Shown piece after piece: positions 35,134 through 46,124 of a stretch of DNA of 49,574 nucleotides. Under the pieces are notes generated by a model. That model had not been told where the DNA came from. It did no database searches and saw only the letters and a list, made by a program, of their open reading frames with translations. Source of the stretch: Octopus sinensis (lineage: Eukaryota); contig NW_021834407.1 of assembly GCF_006345805.1 (NCBI RefSeq), positions 1 through 49,574 of the forward strand. The letters run 5' to 3'. The first letter of the stretch is position 1; each line of letters starts with the position of its first letter. The position numbers and the translations under genes are program-made.

Positions 35134-35366
35134 GTATTTCTTAACCGCCCACAAGGGCTAAACACAGAGGAGACAAACAAGGACAGACAAACGGACTAGG
35201 TCGATTATATCGACCTCAGTGAGTAACTGGTACTTAATTTATCGACCCCAAAAGGATGAAAGGCAAAGTCGAGCTCGGCGGAATTTGAACTCAGAACGTA
35301 ACGGCAGACGAAATACCGCTAAGCATTTCGCCCGGCGTGCTAACGATTCTGCCAGCTCGCCGCCTT
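35134..35366 (-). mobile_element. SINE class C monomer with 17-bp TSD
   Basis: Full head and tail; CCACTTGTATAAATAAC at 35117-35133 and 35367-35383. Confidence 0.92.
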
Positions 35367-35671
35367 CCACTTGTATAAATAACTACACCCGCTAATCTCT
35401 CTTGCCCAGCATGTATCAATTAATCACGATCTCTGCGTAGTTTTAATCCTTACATTTATCTTTATGACCCCAAAGAATTTCCTTTTATTTATGATATATT
35501 TTTAAAATGCACAAATCAGCTGACCTTATTTCAAATCATTTGATTAAATTCCAGCTCAGCTAAGTTATTTTTTTCTTTTTTAGGATTTAATCAAAGGTGT
35601 AACTGCAACGGTCGTGAGGACCCTTCTTAGGGTCTCTGTAACTAGTGGAAGAAAGGGAGAGATTTATTATA

Positions 35672-36053
35672 TCTCTCTCTATATAAACGGCAGTTTGTCT
35701 GTGCGTGTTTCTGTGTGTCTGTTTTCTCGTACCTCACCTGACCACGGCTTTCAACCGATTCTGATGAAACTTGACACACACATAGCCCAATGTCATAATT
35801 CAAAACTAACGCAGCGAAAATTTTGAAAAGTTCCCCCAGTTCTGAAAAAAATCGATAAATTCGACATGGGGTCGAGAATAAAATAACAAACCACAGACTG
35901 TCTAGGGACGCAACTCAACTTTTATTACTCTCAAAAAAAAAATTTACCATCATTTTTTTCCCATTTTTTTGCTATTTTTTGGCTATAACTCTCTAAAAAT
36001 GCTTTATAGTTATTTCCCTTACAAACCTGAGCAACGCCGGGCGATACTGCTAG
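35672..36053 (+). mobile_element. non-autonomous Helitron
   Basis: A|TC start; ends CCTGAGCAACGCCGGGCGATACTGCTAG|T. Confidence 0.85.
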
Positions 36054-36447
36054 TATATATATAAAGCTGAAGTTGTCTGTGTATGGCAGGTTTGATAGCC
36101 TTCAACTAATACTATCTCCCCCGAGACCCTGCGGTGCAAGTTGACCAAAATTGAGAGTATGATAGAAGAAGGCTTGCTCTTCCTTCCGTAGGAGATAAAA
36201 TTCAAATTGGACCATGTTAACACCAAAAATTATTTACATCAAAAAGGTGCTTTTTTTCTTTGAAAATCTCTATTTTTTTAACGATTTATTTACTGCTCTG
36301 TCGCCATTTTTCAGTGTATTTCAACCAGAAAAATGTTCACTTAAAGAGAATAAATAACAAGCTACATAATGCAAAAGTTTTACTTTTCAAAAATTCCAAT
36401 TCTAAAAGGTCGAAACAAATCCGAGCAACGCCGGGCGATACTGCTAG
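36054..36447 (+). mobile_element. non-autonomous Helitron, directly abutting the previous one
   Basis: Starts TATATATATAAAGCTG; ends CCGAGCAACGCCGGGCGATACTGCTAG|T. Confidence 0.85.
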
Positions 36448-36534
36448 TCTTTAGGTACAAATCAATGGCGTACTCACAAACGTGACAGATCTGTGTAAGC
36501 CAATAAGCGCCATGCATCTATCAATGACTATAAT

Positions 36535-36800
36535 GCTGCAAGTCTATGACAATATATACCGCAAATCTATGAGCGGCTCTGAACGTCACAAATCTATGAA
36601 AGACGATAGGTGTCACAAATCGTTGAAATACAATAAGTGTCGCACAGCTATGAAAGACTATAAGCGTCACAAATCTTTGGAGGACAATGCGTCATACATC
36701 AGGGAAAGACATATGCGTCACAAGGTTATGAAAGACGATATACGTCACAAATCTTTGAAAGCTAAGTGACACAAAACAATAAAGACCACAAATCTAAACA
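36535..36800 (+). repeat. degenerate 27-bp minisatellite (CGTCACAAATCTATGAAAGACGATAGG-like)
   Basis: About 8-9 units; ORF 36482-36769 gives RHKSMKDDR-type 9-aa repeats. Confidence 0.75.
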
Positions 36801-37039
36801 AAACTATTATTGCAAGCGTAAATACATCATACAGCAACAGGTAAAAAGTAACACAAAACAAAACAAACGCATTTCAATCCTATTAGCAGTAACAAAAGTT
36901 TGATTAAACTAGAAGTTAACGAACAGAACTTGCTCACCAAATGGTACAAGGAAATCCAAACACCCAGTATTCGTTAGTGATATAGTTTTTCCTAATAATA
37001 TTCCTTCCTAAGAACGCAAGTTGACAGGTTCGTTAACAC

Positions 37040-37220
37040 GAATGCTTAGTGGCGTTTCGTCTGTCTTTAAAAGTTTTGAGTTCAAATCCTGCCGAGGTCG
37101 ACTGCCTTTCATTCGTTCGGAATCAATAAAATAAATACCAGTTGAGTATTGAGTTTTAATCGACTCTCCCCACCACCTCCACCAAAATTGCTGGCCTTGT
37201 GCCGAAATTTAAAACTAATA
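37040..37220 (+). mobile_element. SINE class C variant
   Basis: GAGTTCAAATCCTGCCGAGGTCGACTGCCTTTCAT...AAAATTGCTGGCCTTGTGCCG. Confidence 0.7.
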
Positions 37221-37594
37221 TTCCTTCCTTACTTTCCACACCCAAGTTTCATCCACCGGCACCCTAGATATCTCACACGAAATCTGCACCTCCGCAAGCA
37301 CAGAGGCCCTAAAGATATCCTCAAATGAGATCATACCAATCATATCTCCTTCAACAACCCAAAGATACAATCGCTGCACACATCAAGACATGATCTCAAT
37401 CCATTTCCTGTATCAGTCACGGTCTTTTATAGTGAAAATGGATCCTCAGCATAGCAAAGACTGTATCTAAAGGCACATCCTTTCTCTTCAGCACCGGAAA
37501 ATAACCGATTAAGCAATTCTCTATGAAGCTCAGGTGTGAACCAGAACAGAAAATTGCTCATGTATCTAGTTGAGTGCTATTACTAAAGATAGAA

Positions 37595-38007
37595 GGCGGC
37601 GAGCTGGCAGAAACGTTAGCACGCCGGGCGAAATGCTTAGCGGTATTTCGTCTGCGTTACGTTGTGAGTTCAAATTCCGCCGAGGTCGACTTTGCCTTTC
37701 ATCCTTTCGGTGTCGATAAATTAAGTACCAGTTACGCACTGGGGTCGACATAACCGACTTAATCCGTTTGTCTGTCCATGTTTGCCCCCTCTGTGTTTAG
37801 CCCCTTGTGGGTAGTAAAGAAATAGGTATTTCGTCTGTTGTTACGTTCTGAGTTCAAATTCCGCCGAAGTCGACTTTGCCTTTCATCCTTTCGGGGTCGA
37901 TAAATTAAGAACCAGTTACGCACTGGGGTCGATATAATCGACTTAATCCGTTTTTTGGCCTTGTTTGTCCCCTCTATGTTTAGCCCATTGTGGGTAGTAA
38001 AGAAATA
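37595..38007 (+). mobile_element. SINE class C dimer
   Basis: Second unit starts at 37825 with GGTATTTCGTC, after GAAATA. Confidence 0.9.
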
Positions 38008-38107
38008 GGAATCTTAGACTCTGCATTCACAGAAAAGCAACTCAACTGGCTGCTGTAACATCGCTTAATACTACACTCAAACACCTAGCCAATGGACACT
38101 CTAATTT

Positions 38108-38145
<38 letters not shown>

Positions 38146-38149
38146 TACC

Positions 38150-38180
<31 letters not shown>

Positions 38181-38182
38181 TA

Positions 38183-38460
38183 GCATCCGCTCTTCGGAGC
38201 TGACTCCACTCATGGCACCTCCACTCAGGCATCCTGACACACTCGTCTTTTTTTCCCCTCATGTCCAGCCACTTATTGTGTCCATATCTGAAGGTCCCAT
38301 AAACCTGTTTTTTCTTCCCTGAAACCGGTTCATTAAAATTCCATCACCGTGTTAAGCTTAAGTGCTGCTTTGGCTCATAAACATTTGAGAAGATTATTAA
38401 AGGATTATAGGCACCATCCCGGAAGAATTGTAAAAGCCATACTGTTCCTCTCTCCAGAGG
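38183..38460 (+). pseudogene. possible CR1/L2-type LINE 3' remnant
   Basis: With frameshifts reads SELTPLMAPPLRHP-RHTRL...YCVHI, reminiscent of CR1-group ORF2 C-termini; highly degenerate. Confidence 0.35.
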
Positions 38461-38466
38461 AAACCA

Positions 38467-38506
<40 letters not shown>

Positions 38507-38509
<3 letters not shown>

Positions 38510-38713
38510 AGGCGCAATGGCCCAGTGGTTAGGGCTGTGGACTCGCGGTTGTAGGATCGTGGTTTGCATTCTCAGACCTGGGAATCTCCCCAAGAACTAC
38601 GTTAAGGGTACACGTGTCTGTGGAGCGCTCAGCCACTTTCACGTTAATTTCATGAGCATGCTGTTTCGTTGATCGGATCACCTGGAACTCTCGTTGTCGT
38701 AACCGACGGAGTG
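38507..38713 (+). mobile_element. SINE class A with internal deletion
   Basis: A head joined to the GAGAACTACGTTAAGGGTACACG...GTAACCGACGGAGTG tail. Confidence 0.85.
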
Positions 38714-38881
38714 TCACGATATATATATATATATATAGCTGAACTAGTGACAGCTGATGATAGGGGATTTTTCCTTGTGTAGTATTCCTGTACTCTGTTT
38801 TTCTGTTGTAAAAAAATGGTTCGATTCGATTCGTTCGCTTCGTTCCGTTCATATTCTCCCAGTACTGTTTTATATAAATAA

Positions 38882-38920
<39 letters not shown>

Positions 38921-38985
38921 GATATACACTCTAGCGTACTACGTAAGCACCTGCTTCGTTAAAAATAAATGTCAACAATTAGAAG

Positions 38986-39200
38986 AATCACTAAATTAAT
39001 GCAGGTAGGATAAGAAAAATAAATTTAGTGAACAAGCGTCTTACCTCCGCCAAGGATGTCGGACGAATACTGATTAATTTGATATTATGATTTCGAATTT
39101 AGCGCCAAAGGGGCCTGAATCTCTTCAGTGAAATCTTCCAGGCACAGATACTTGTTCACTAAATGTTTTTTCCTATCATGTCTGTATTAAATTAGTGATT
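38986..39200. mobile_element. foldback MITE with ~55-bp TIRs
   Basis: AATCACTAAATTAAT...TAGTGAACAAGCGTCT (38986-39041) is the imperfect reverse complement of 39146-39200. Confidence 0.7.
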
Positions 39201-39364
39201 GTGAAGGAGCGTGGCTTAAGTGGTTAGGGACATTCGGCTTATGATCGTAAGGGCGTGAGTTCAATTCCCGGCGATGCGTTGTGTCCTTCAGCCAGACACT
39301 TTATTTCACGTTGATTAAGTCCACTCAGCTGGCAAAAATGAGTAGTACTTGTATTTCAAAGGGC
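39201..39364 (+). mobile_element. SINE class F 5' part
   Basis: GTGAAGG..GTGGCTTAAGTGGTTAGGG, B box GAGTTCAATTCC, CORE/V-type GTGTCCTT(G)AGC(A)AGACACTT motif. Confidence 0.8.
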
Positions 39365-39374
39365 TAGGGTTCGC

Positions 39375-39513
39375 CACCTGCCCCCTGCCGGAGCCTCGTG
39401 GAGCTTTAGGTGTTTTCGCTCAATAAGCACTCACAACGCTCGGTCTGGGAATCGAAACCGCGATCCTATGACCGCTAGTCCTCTGACTTAATCACTGGAC
39501 CATTGCGCCTCCA
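39375..39513 (-). mobile_element. SINE class A 5' part
   Basis: Reverse A head. Confidence 0.8.
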
Positions 39514-39700
39514 CTGTTAGTTGAGATAATAATAATTGATTTAGCAACCAGGAGATGAATTTGGTATTAATCTTGATCACTTATGTGTGGATGTACCTGA
39601 TGTAACCTAACATGGGGCACAGGATCTCACCCATAACGGACAATAGCAAAATCGTTTGAAAGGATCGTCGTACAAAATAAAGACTAATATCAGATTCATC

Positions 39701-39848
39701 AAGCTTGCTTCCCAACCACATGGTTCCAGGGTTTAGTCCCACTGCGTGGCACCTTGGGCTATTCTCTTCTACTATAGCCTCTGGTCGACCAAGGCCCTGC
39801 GAGTGGATTTGGTAGATGGAAACTGAAAGAAGCCCGTCATATATACAC

Positions 39849-39882
<34 letters not shown>

Positions 39883-40096
39883 GTGTGTGTCTGTGTTTGT
39901 TCCCCCACCATCACTTGACAACCGATGTTGGTGTGTTTACGTCCCCGTAACTTAGCGGTTCGGCAAAAGAGACCAATAGAATAAGAACTAGGCTTACAAA
40001 GAATAATAAATCCTGGGGTCGATTTGCCCGGCTAAAGGCGGTGCTCCAGCATGGCCACAGTCAAATGACTGAAGCAAGTACAAGAGTAAAAGAGAG
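39701..40096 (+). mobile_element. SINE class B
   Basis: B consensus. Confidence 0.88.
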
Positions 40097-40098
40097 AT

Positions 40099-40139
<41 letters not shown>

Positions 40140-40339
40140 ACACATGCGAATATACATAGATTGACACATATATACGATTACGTGGCAATTGTTATATATT
40201 TACACACAGCCTCCTGGTGAATATTTCCCCTGTTAGACACCTAATTGATATTTCCTCCTGTTTATACATAAACACTCACATACAGTCAGATATATCAATT
40301 TATGCATGTTATGTATGTGTGTATCTATGTATGTATGTA

Positions 40340-40370
<31 letters not shown>

Positions 40371-40561
40371 GTACATAAGCATATATGAATATGTATATAC
40401 AGACATGAATATGTGTGTATATACTTTTATATGAGTATGCATATGTGTTTATATATGTATATATATATGTACAATATATATATATAGATATATATAAATG
40501 TATATTTAAACGTGTAATACATGCGTATAAATACACATACACACAACATACTACATCATGC

Positions 40562-40608
<47 letters not shown>

Positions 40609-40660
40609 ATATATATATTATAATAATATATTATATGATTATATACACCCACACATATAT

Positions 40661-40708
<48 letters not shown>

Positions 40709-41178
40709 TTATATATATATATATATATAATATATGTATATAATAATGTGTAAGGGACAATGCTTCTGTAAGAAAGTCGGCCATTTTCGAACGGATTCAT
40801 TCCATTGACTCTGAAATTCATTTAAAGTAGTCAATATATAATACATATATAAACTATTTTGCCATGGTGGCATTAGATTCCGTGTCTTTTCTACCAAACT
40901 TCCTGCATTAACTTTCGATGACGTCGCAGAATCTGGAAAATTAAATGTAATGTATTAATGAATACATGCATACAAAAGAATACAAATATATATATACACA
41001 CACATACATACATACATGCATACATATATACATACATACATGCATGTATAGTGATGTGTATGTGTATGTATGTATATATGTGTGTGTGAGTATGTATGTG
41101 TATGTGTATGTATGTATATATATATCTTTCCCTAACTATATATCCATATATCTATATATATATACACACACATATATA

Positions 41179-41378
41179 CTCTCTTTTACTCTCTTTTACT
41201 TTTTTCAGTCAGTTGATTGCGGCCATGCTGGAGCACCGCCTTTAGTGGACTAAATCAACCCCACGACCTATTCTTTGTAAGTCTGGTACTTATTCTATCG
41301 GTCTATTTTGCTGAACCGCTAAGTTACGGGGGACGTAAACACACCAGCATCGGTTGTCAAGCGATGTTGGGGGGACAG
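41179..41378 (-). mobile_element. SINE class B 3' half
   Basis: Reverse B 3' consensus. Confidence 0.85.
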
Positions 41379-41384
41379 CAGACG

Positions 41385-41515
41385 TTACAAAAGAAACTGA
41401 CTGAATAAGTACAGAACTGAAAAATAAGTTCTGAGGTCGGTTTATTCGGCTAAATCCGTTAAAGTGGTGCCCCAGCATGGCCACAGTCTAATGAGTGAAA
41501 CAAGCAAAAGATAAC
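41385..41515 (+). mobile_element. degenerate SINE class B 3' end, inverted relative to the preceding copy
   Basis: GAATAAGTAC...GGTGCCCAGCATGGCCACAGTC..GAAACAAGCAAAAG. Confidence 0.65.
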
Positions 41516-41603
41516 ATATTTCATCAGGGTTGAGAGCAACGTTAAAATATTTAACCCTTGTACAGAATGACTAAATTATAAGTCAGTTGCAATACAATTT
41601 ACT

Positions 41604-41932
41604 AAGGAGCACTCCGTCGGTTACGACGATGAGGGTTCCGGTTGATCCGAATCAACGGAAAAGCCTGCTCGTGAAATTAACGTGTAAGTGGCTGAGCACT
41701 CCACAGACACGTGCACCCTTAACGTAGTTCTCAGGGAGATTCAGCGTGACACAGAGTGTGACTAGGCTGGCCCTTTGAAATACAGGTACTACTTATTTTT
41801 GCCAGTTGAGTGAACTGGAGCAACGTGAAATAAAGTGTCTTGCTCAAGGACACAAGGCGTCACTGGGAATTGAACTCACGACCTTACAATCATAAGCCGA
41901 ATACCCTAACCACTTAAGCCACGTGCCTTCAC
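41604..41932 (-). mobile_element. SINE class F head with class A tail
   Basis: F head followed by the GTACCTGTATTTCAAAGGGCC...GACGGAGTGC tail shared with 42140-42525. Confidence 0.85.
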
Positions 41933-42046
41933 AATCACTAATTTAATACAGACATGATAGGGAAAACATTTTAGTGAACAAGTATCTGTCCCTGGCAGAT
42001 TTGACTGAAAAGATTCAGGCCCCTTTGGCGCTAAATTCGAAATCAT
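41933..42046 (-). mobile_element. half of the 38986-39200 foldback MITE
   Basis: Reverse complement of 39087-39200. Confidence 0.8.
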
Positions 42047-42054
42047 GACAAGAG

Positions 42055-42922
42055 TGGCCTGTTTGAATTACAGGTACTACTCATCTTTGCCAGCTGAGTG
42101 GACTGGAGCAACGTGAAGTAAAGTGTCTTGCTGAAGGATGGAAGCACTCCGTCGGTTACGACGATGAGGGCTCCGGTTGATCCGAATCAACGGAACAGCC
42201 TGCTCGTGAAATTAACGTGTAAGTGGCTGAGCACTCCACAGACACGTGCACCCTTAACGTAGTTCTCGGGGATATTCAGCGTGACACAGAGAGTGACAAG
42301 GCCGGCCCTTTGAAATACAGGTACAACAGAAACAGGAAGTAAGAGTGAGAGAAAGTCGTGGTGAAAGAGTACAGCAGGGATCACCACAATCCCCTGCCGG
42401 AGCCTCGTGGAGCTTTTTAGGTGTTTTCGCTCAATAAACACTCACAACGCCCGGTCTGGGAATCGAAACCGCGATCCTACGACCGCGAGTCCGCTGCCCT
42501 AACCACTGGGCCATTGCGCCTCCACTCTTGCTGAAGGATACAACACGTGTACCCTTAACGTAGTTCTCGGGGATATTCAGCGTGACACACAGAGTGACAA
42601 GGCCGGCCCTTTGAAATACAGGTACAACAGAAACAGGAAGTAAGAGTGAGAGAAAGTTGTGGTGAAAGAGTACAGCAGGGATCACCACCATCCCCTGCCG
42701 GAGCCTCGATGAGCTTTAGGTGTTTTCGCTCAATAAACACCCACAACGTCCGGTCTGGGAATCGAAACCGCGATCCTATGACCGCGAGTCCGCTGCCCTA
42801 ACCACTGGGCCATTGCGCCGCCTCCACTCTTGCTGAAGGATACAATACGTCGATGGGAATTGAACTCACGACCTTACAATCGTGAGTCGAATGCCCCTAA
42901 GCACTAAGCGAAGCGCCTTCAC
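42055..42922 (-). mobile_element. SINE F host carrying a nested full SINE A (42140-42525, TSD TCTTGCTGAAGGAT) plus a ~300-bp tandem duplication
   Basis: TSD at 42126-42139 and 42526-42539, third copy at 42828-42841; F head resumes at 42842-42922. Confidence 0.85.
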
Positions 42923-43290
42923 ACAATTTATTAAAATTGCGAAGTAATAACAAAAAAACATCTCAACTAAGCTGGTAAGAATTTAACTAAACGCTGAAAC
43001 CGAGATACGGAAGCCATAATTTCAAAATGTTCATAAAATTTTAATTTCATACGAAATTTCTTTCCCTGATTCGCTCTGATTCCTGACATTCACATAAGAT
43101 CCAAGACGCTTTTCTGGCTTCGTCTGCTAGCCCGCTTCTTGCAACATGTATTTCGTTTTCTAATTACTTAAAAAAAATTTTAAACTTCAAACAGAAAACG
43201 AAAATACTGTATATTCTATAGAGGTCGATTGTTTGCCGAATCTCAGTAATTAAGTACGCCCATGCCGACGGATGTATGGGTTTGTTTAAT

Positions 43291-43376
43291 TATTTTAAAA
43301 TTTCTCTCCATTAGAGAAATAGCCAGTTTCTTTCACAGAGACACGGATCTTTCAACTGGAATTTAGACATCAACAA
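43291..43376 (+). mobile_element. diverged copy of a short element terminus abutting (TATG)n
   Basis: Similar to 43960-44058 (TTTC...AGAGAAA...GTTTCT...TCTTTCA..TGGAATTT..ACATCAACAA). Confidence 0.45.
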
Positions 43377-43399
43377 AGTAATCATTTCTGTATGCTTCT

Positions 43400-43407
43400 A
43401 TGTATGC

Positions 43408-43438
<31 letters not shown>

Positions 43439-44198
43439 TGTATGTATGTATGTATGTATGTACGTATGTATGTATGTATGTATGTATGTATGTGTGTGTG
43501 TGTGTGTGTATATGTATGTATGTGTGTATGTATGTATGTATGTATGTATGTGTGTGTGTGTGTGTATGTATGTATGTGTGTGTATGTATGTATGTATGTA
43601 TGTATGTATGCATGTGTGTGTGTATGTATGCATGCATGTATGTATGTGTGTATGTATGTGTGTATGTATGTATGTATGTATGTATGCATGCATGTATGTA
43701 TGTATGTTTGTATGTATGTATGTATGTATGTATGCATGCATGTATGTATGTATGTTTGTATGTATGTATGTTTGTATGTATGTATGTATGTATGTATGTA
43801 TGAATGTATAAATGTGTGTGTGTATGTATGCATGCATGTATGTGTGTATGTATGTATGTGTGTATGTATGTATGCATGTATGCATGTATGTATGTATGTA
43901 TGTATGCATGTATGTATGTATGTATGCATGTATGTATGTATGTATGTATGTATGTATGTCATTTTTCAGTTTTATTTCAAGATTTCTTGCCAAAAGAGAA
44001 ACGGTTTCTAACTTAGATCCAAGGCTCTTTCATTGGAATTTCAACATCAACAACAGGGTATGTATGTATGTATGTATGTATGTATGTATGTATGTATGTA
44101 TGTATGTATGTATGTATGTATGTATGCATGTATGTATGTATGTATGTATGTATGTATGTATGTATGTATGCATGTATGTATGTATGTATGTATGTATA
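43400..44198. repeat. (TATG)n array interrupted at 43960-44058
   Basis: Directly visible. Confidence 0.95.
43960..44058 (+). mobile_element. ~100-bp unclassified insert inside (TATG)n
   Basis: Non-repetitive island with (TATG)n on both sides; homolog at 43291. Confidence 0.55.
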
Positions 44199-44199
44199 T

Positions 44200-44537
44200 G
44201 AAGGCCCATGGCTCAGTGGTTAGAGCGTCGAGCTTACGATCGTGAGGTAGTGAGTTCGAATCCCGGAACGGTCTGCGTGTTGTGTTCTTGAGCAAGACAC
44301 TTTATTTCACGTTGCTCCAGTTCACTCAGCTGTAGAAATGAGTTGCGACATTACAGGTGCCAAGCTGTATCGGCCCCTTTGCCTTTCCCTTGGATAACAC
44401 TGGTGGCGTGGAGAGGGGAAGCCGGTATGCATAGGCGACTGCTGGTCTTCCATAAACAACCTTGCCCGGATTTGTGCCTCGGAGGGTAAATTTCTAGGTG
44501 CAATCCCATGGTCAGTCATGACCAGAGGGGTCTCAGC
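44200..44537 (+). mobile_element. SINE class F with a third tail type
   Basis: tRNA-like head with B box GAGTTCGAATCC and TTCTTGAGCAAGACACTTTATTTCAC; tail GGTGCAATCCCATGGTCAGTCATGACC; flanked by (TATG)n. Confidence 0.8.
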
Positions 44538-44557
44538 GTATGTATGTATGTATGTAT

Positions 44558-44591
<34 letters not shown>

Positions 44592-44698
44592 TGTATGTAT
44601 GTATGTATGTATGTATGTATGCATGTATGTATATATATATATATACATATATATATGCGTGTGTGTGGTCTTATATGTGTACACACACACACATACAC

Positions 44699-44729
<31 letters not shown>

Positions 44730-45090
44730 GAAATAGAAAAAAATATATAGAATAGTTCGGATATTTTCAATCACTGCCGACTGAAACGGCGCTTGCGTAG
44801 TGAACTTTGAAAAATTATAACATATAATGATGAGACACGTGCTATTTGTTTCTAAATTATATGTTAATGTTATGGCGCGGTTACTGATGAAAATTTCGCC
44901 TAGCAAATTATTTTATTTGCTAAAAAAATTTGAAATCTAGGTATACCTGTAAAAATATAACAAGGTAAAAGTTTTAATTTTTCATTCCTTTCGAAATTAC
45001 TCTTAAATGTGGTTTTGGTCGTTTTGACTGCTTCTTCTAGCGTGCAAAAATGCTTGTTAAAGATAATTTCTCTTGTGTTTAAATGCACAC

Positions 45091-45174
<84 letters not shown>

Positions 45175-45317
45175 GTATATATATATATATTATATATATA
45201 TATATATATATGTGTGTGTTGTGTGTGTGTGTGAAATAGAAAATTACTATTGTAAATCTCTCAACTAGAGACATTCAGTAACAGTACTCTAGAGTAAAGA
45301 TTATTTGCCAACATAAC

Positions 45318-45570
45318 GTGCTTCCCAACCACATGGTTCAGAGTTCAATCCTATTGTATGGCACCTTGGGCCTGTGTCTTCTATCGGCCGATCAAAGTGT
45401 TGTGAGTGGATTTGGTAGACGGAAACTGAAAGAAGCCCGCCACTTTCAAACACACACACGCACGCGCACACACAGACATATGTATATCTGTGTGTGCGTT
45501 TGTCTTTGTGTATGTGTTTTGGTCCACATCACCGCTTAACAACCGTCTTTGGTGTTGTTATGTCCATGTA
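45318..45570 (+). mobile_element. SINE class B, degenerate
   Basis: B consensus segments. Confidence 0.7.
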
Positions 45571-45760
45571 ATACAGTAAGCGCCCGCCCGCGTGTGTCTT
45601 TGTGTCTGTGCATCAGTATATTCAGTTAGTTTCTCTGCTGCGACTGGGTGAGGCATTCCAACCGTTTGTGTGTGTGTCGTCCCGCGTGATAATTCTTCGG
45701 AATTCACTTTTTCTCATTCGCCTTACTTGAACTAATTTAATTTTGCGAAATTTATTAACA

Positions 45761-46093
45761 TATCATTTTTGCTTTACGCAATTCGTCATCACTCCTCGGA
45801 CTTTCGTTCCTCATCTTTTACACACACACACACACACACACACATTACATGCACACTCACACACACAAGTAATTAGTGCTCTTTGATTATAAATTGCTAG
45901 GTTTCGTTAAACACCAATCGTATAGGCGTTGGAGTGGCTGTGTGATAAGTAGCTTGCTTACGAACCACATGGTTCCTGGTTTAGTCCCACTGCGTGGCAC
46001 CATGGGCAAATGTCTTCTACTAGAGCCTCGGGCCGACCAAAGCCTTGTGAGTAGATTTGGTAGACGGAAACTGAAAGAAGCCCGCCGTATATA

Positions 46094-46124
<31 letters not shown>

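Noticed and set aside
38507-38585. tRNA genes at SINE heads (A, B, C, F)
   Set aside because: A and B boxes are present but acceptor stems and anticodon arms are incomplete and continue into SINE bodies.
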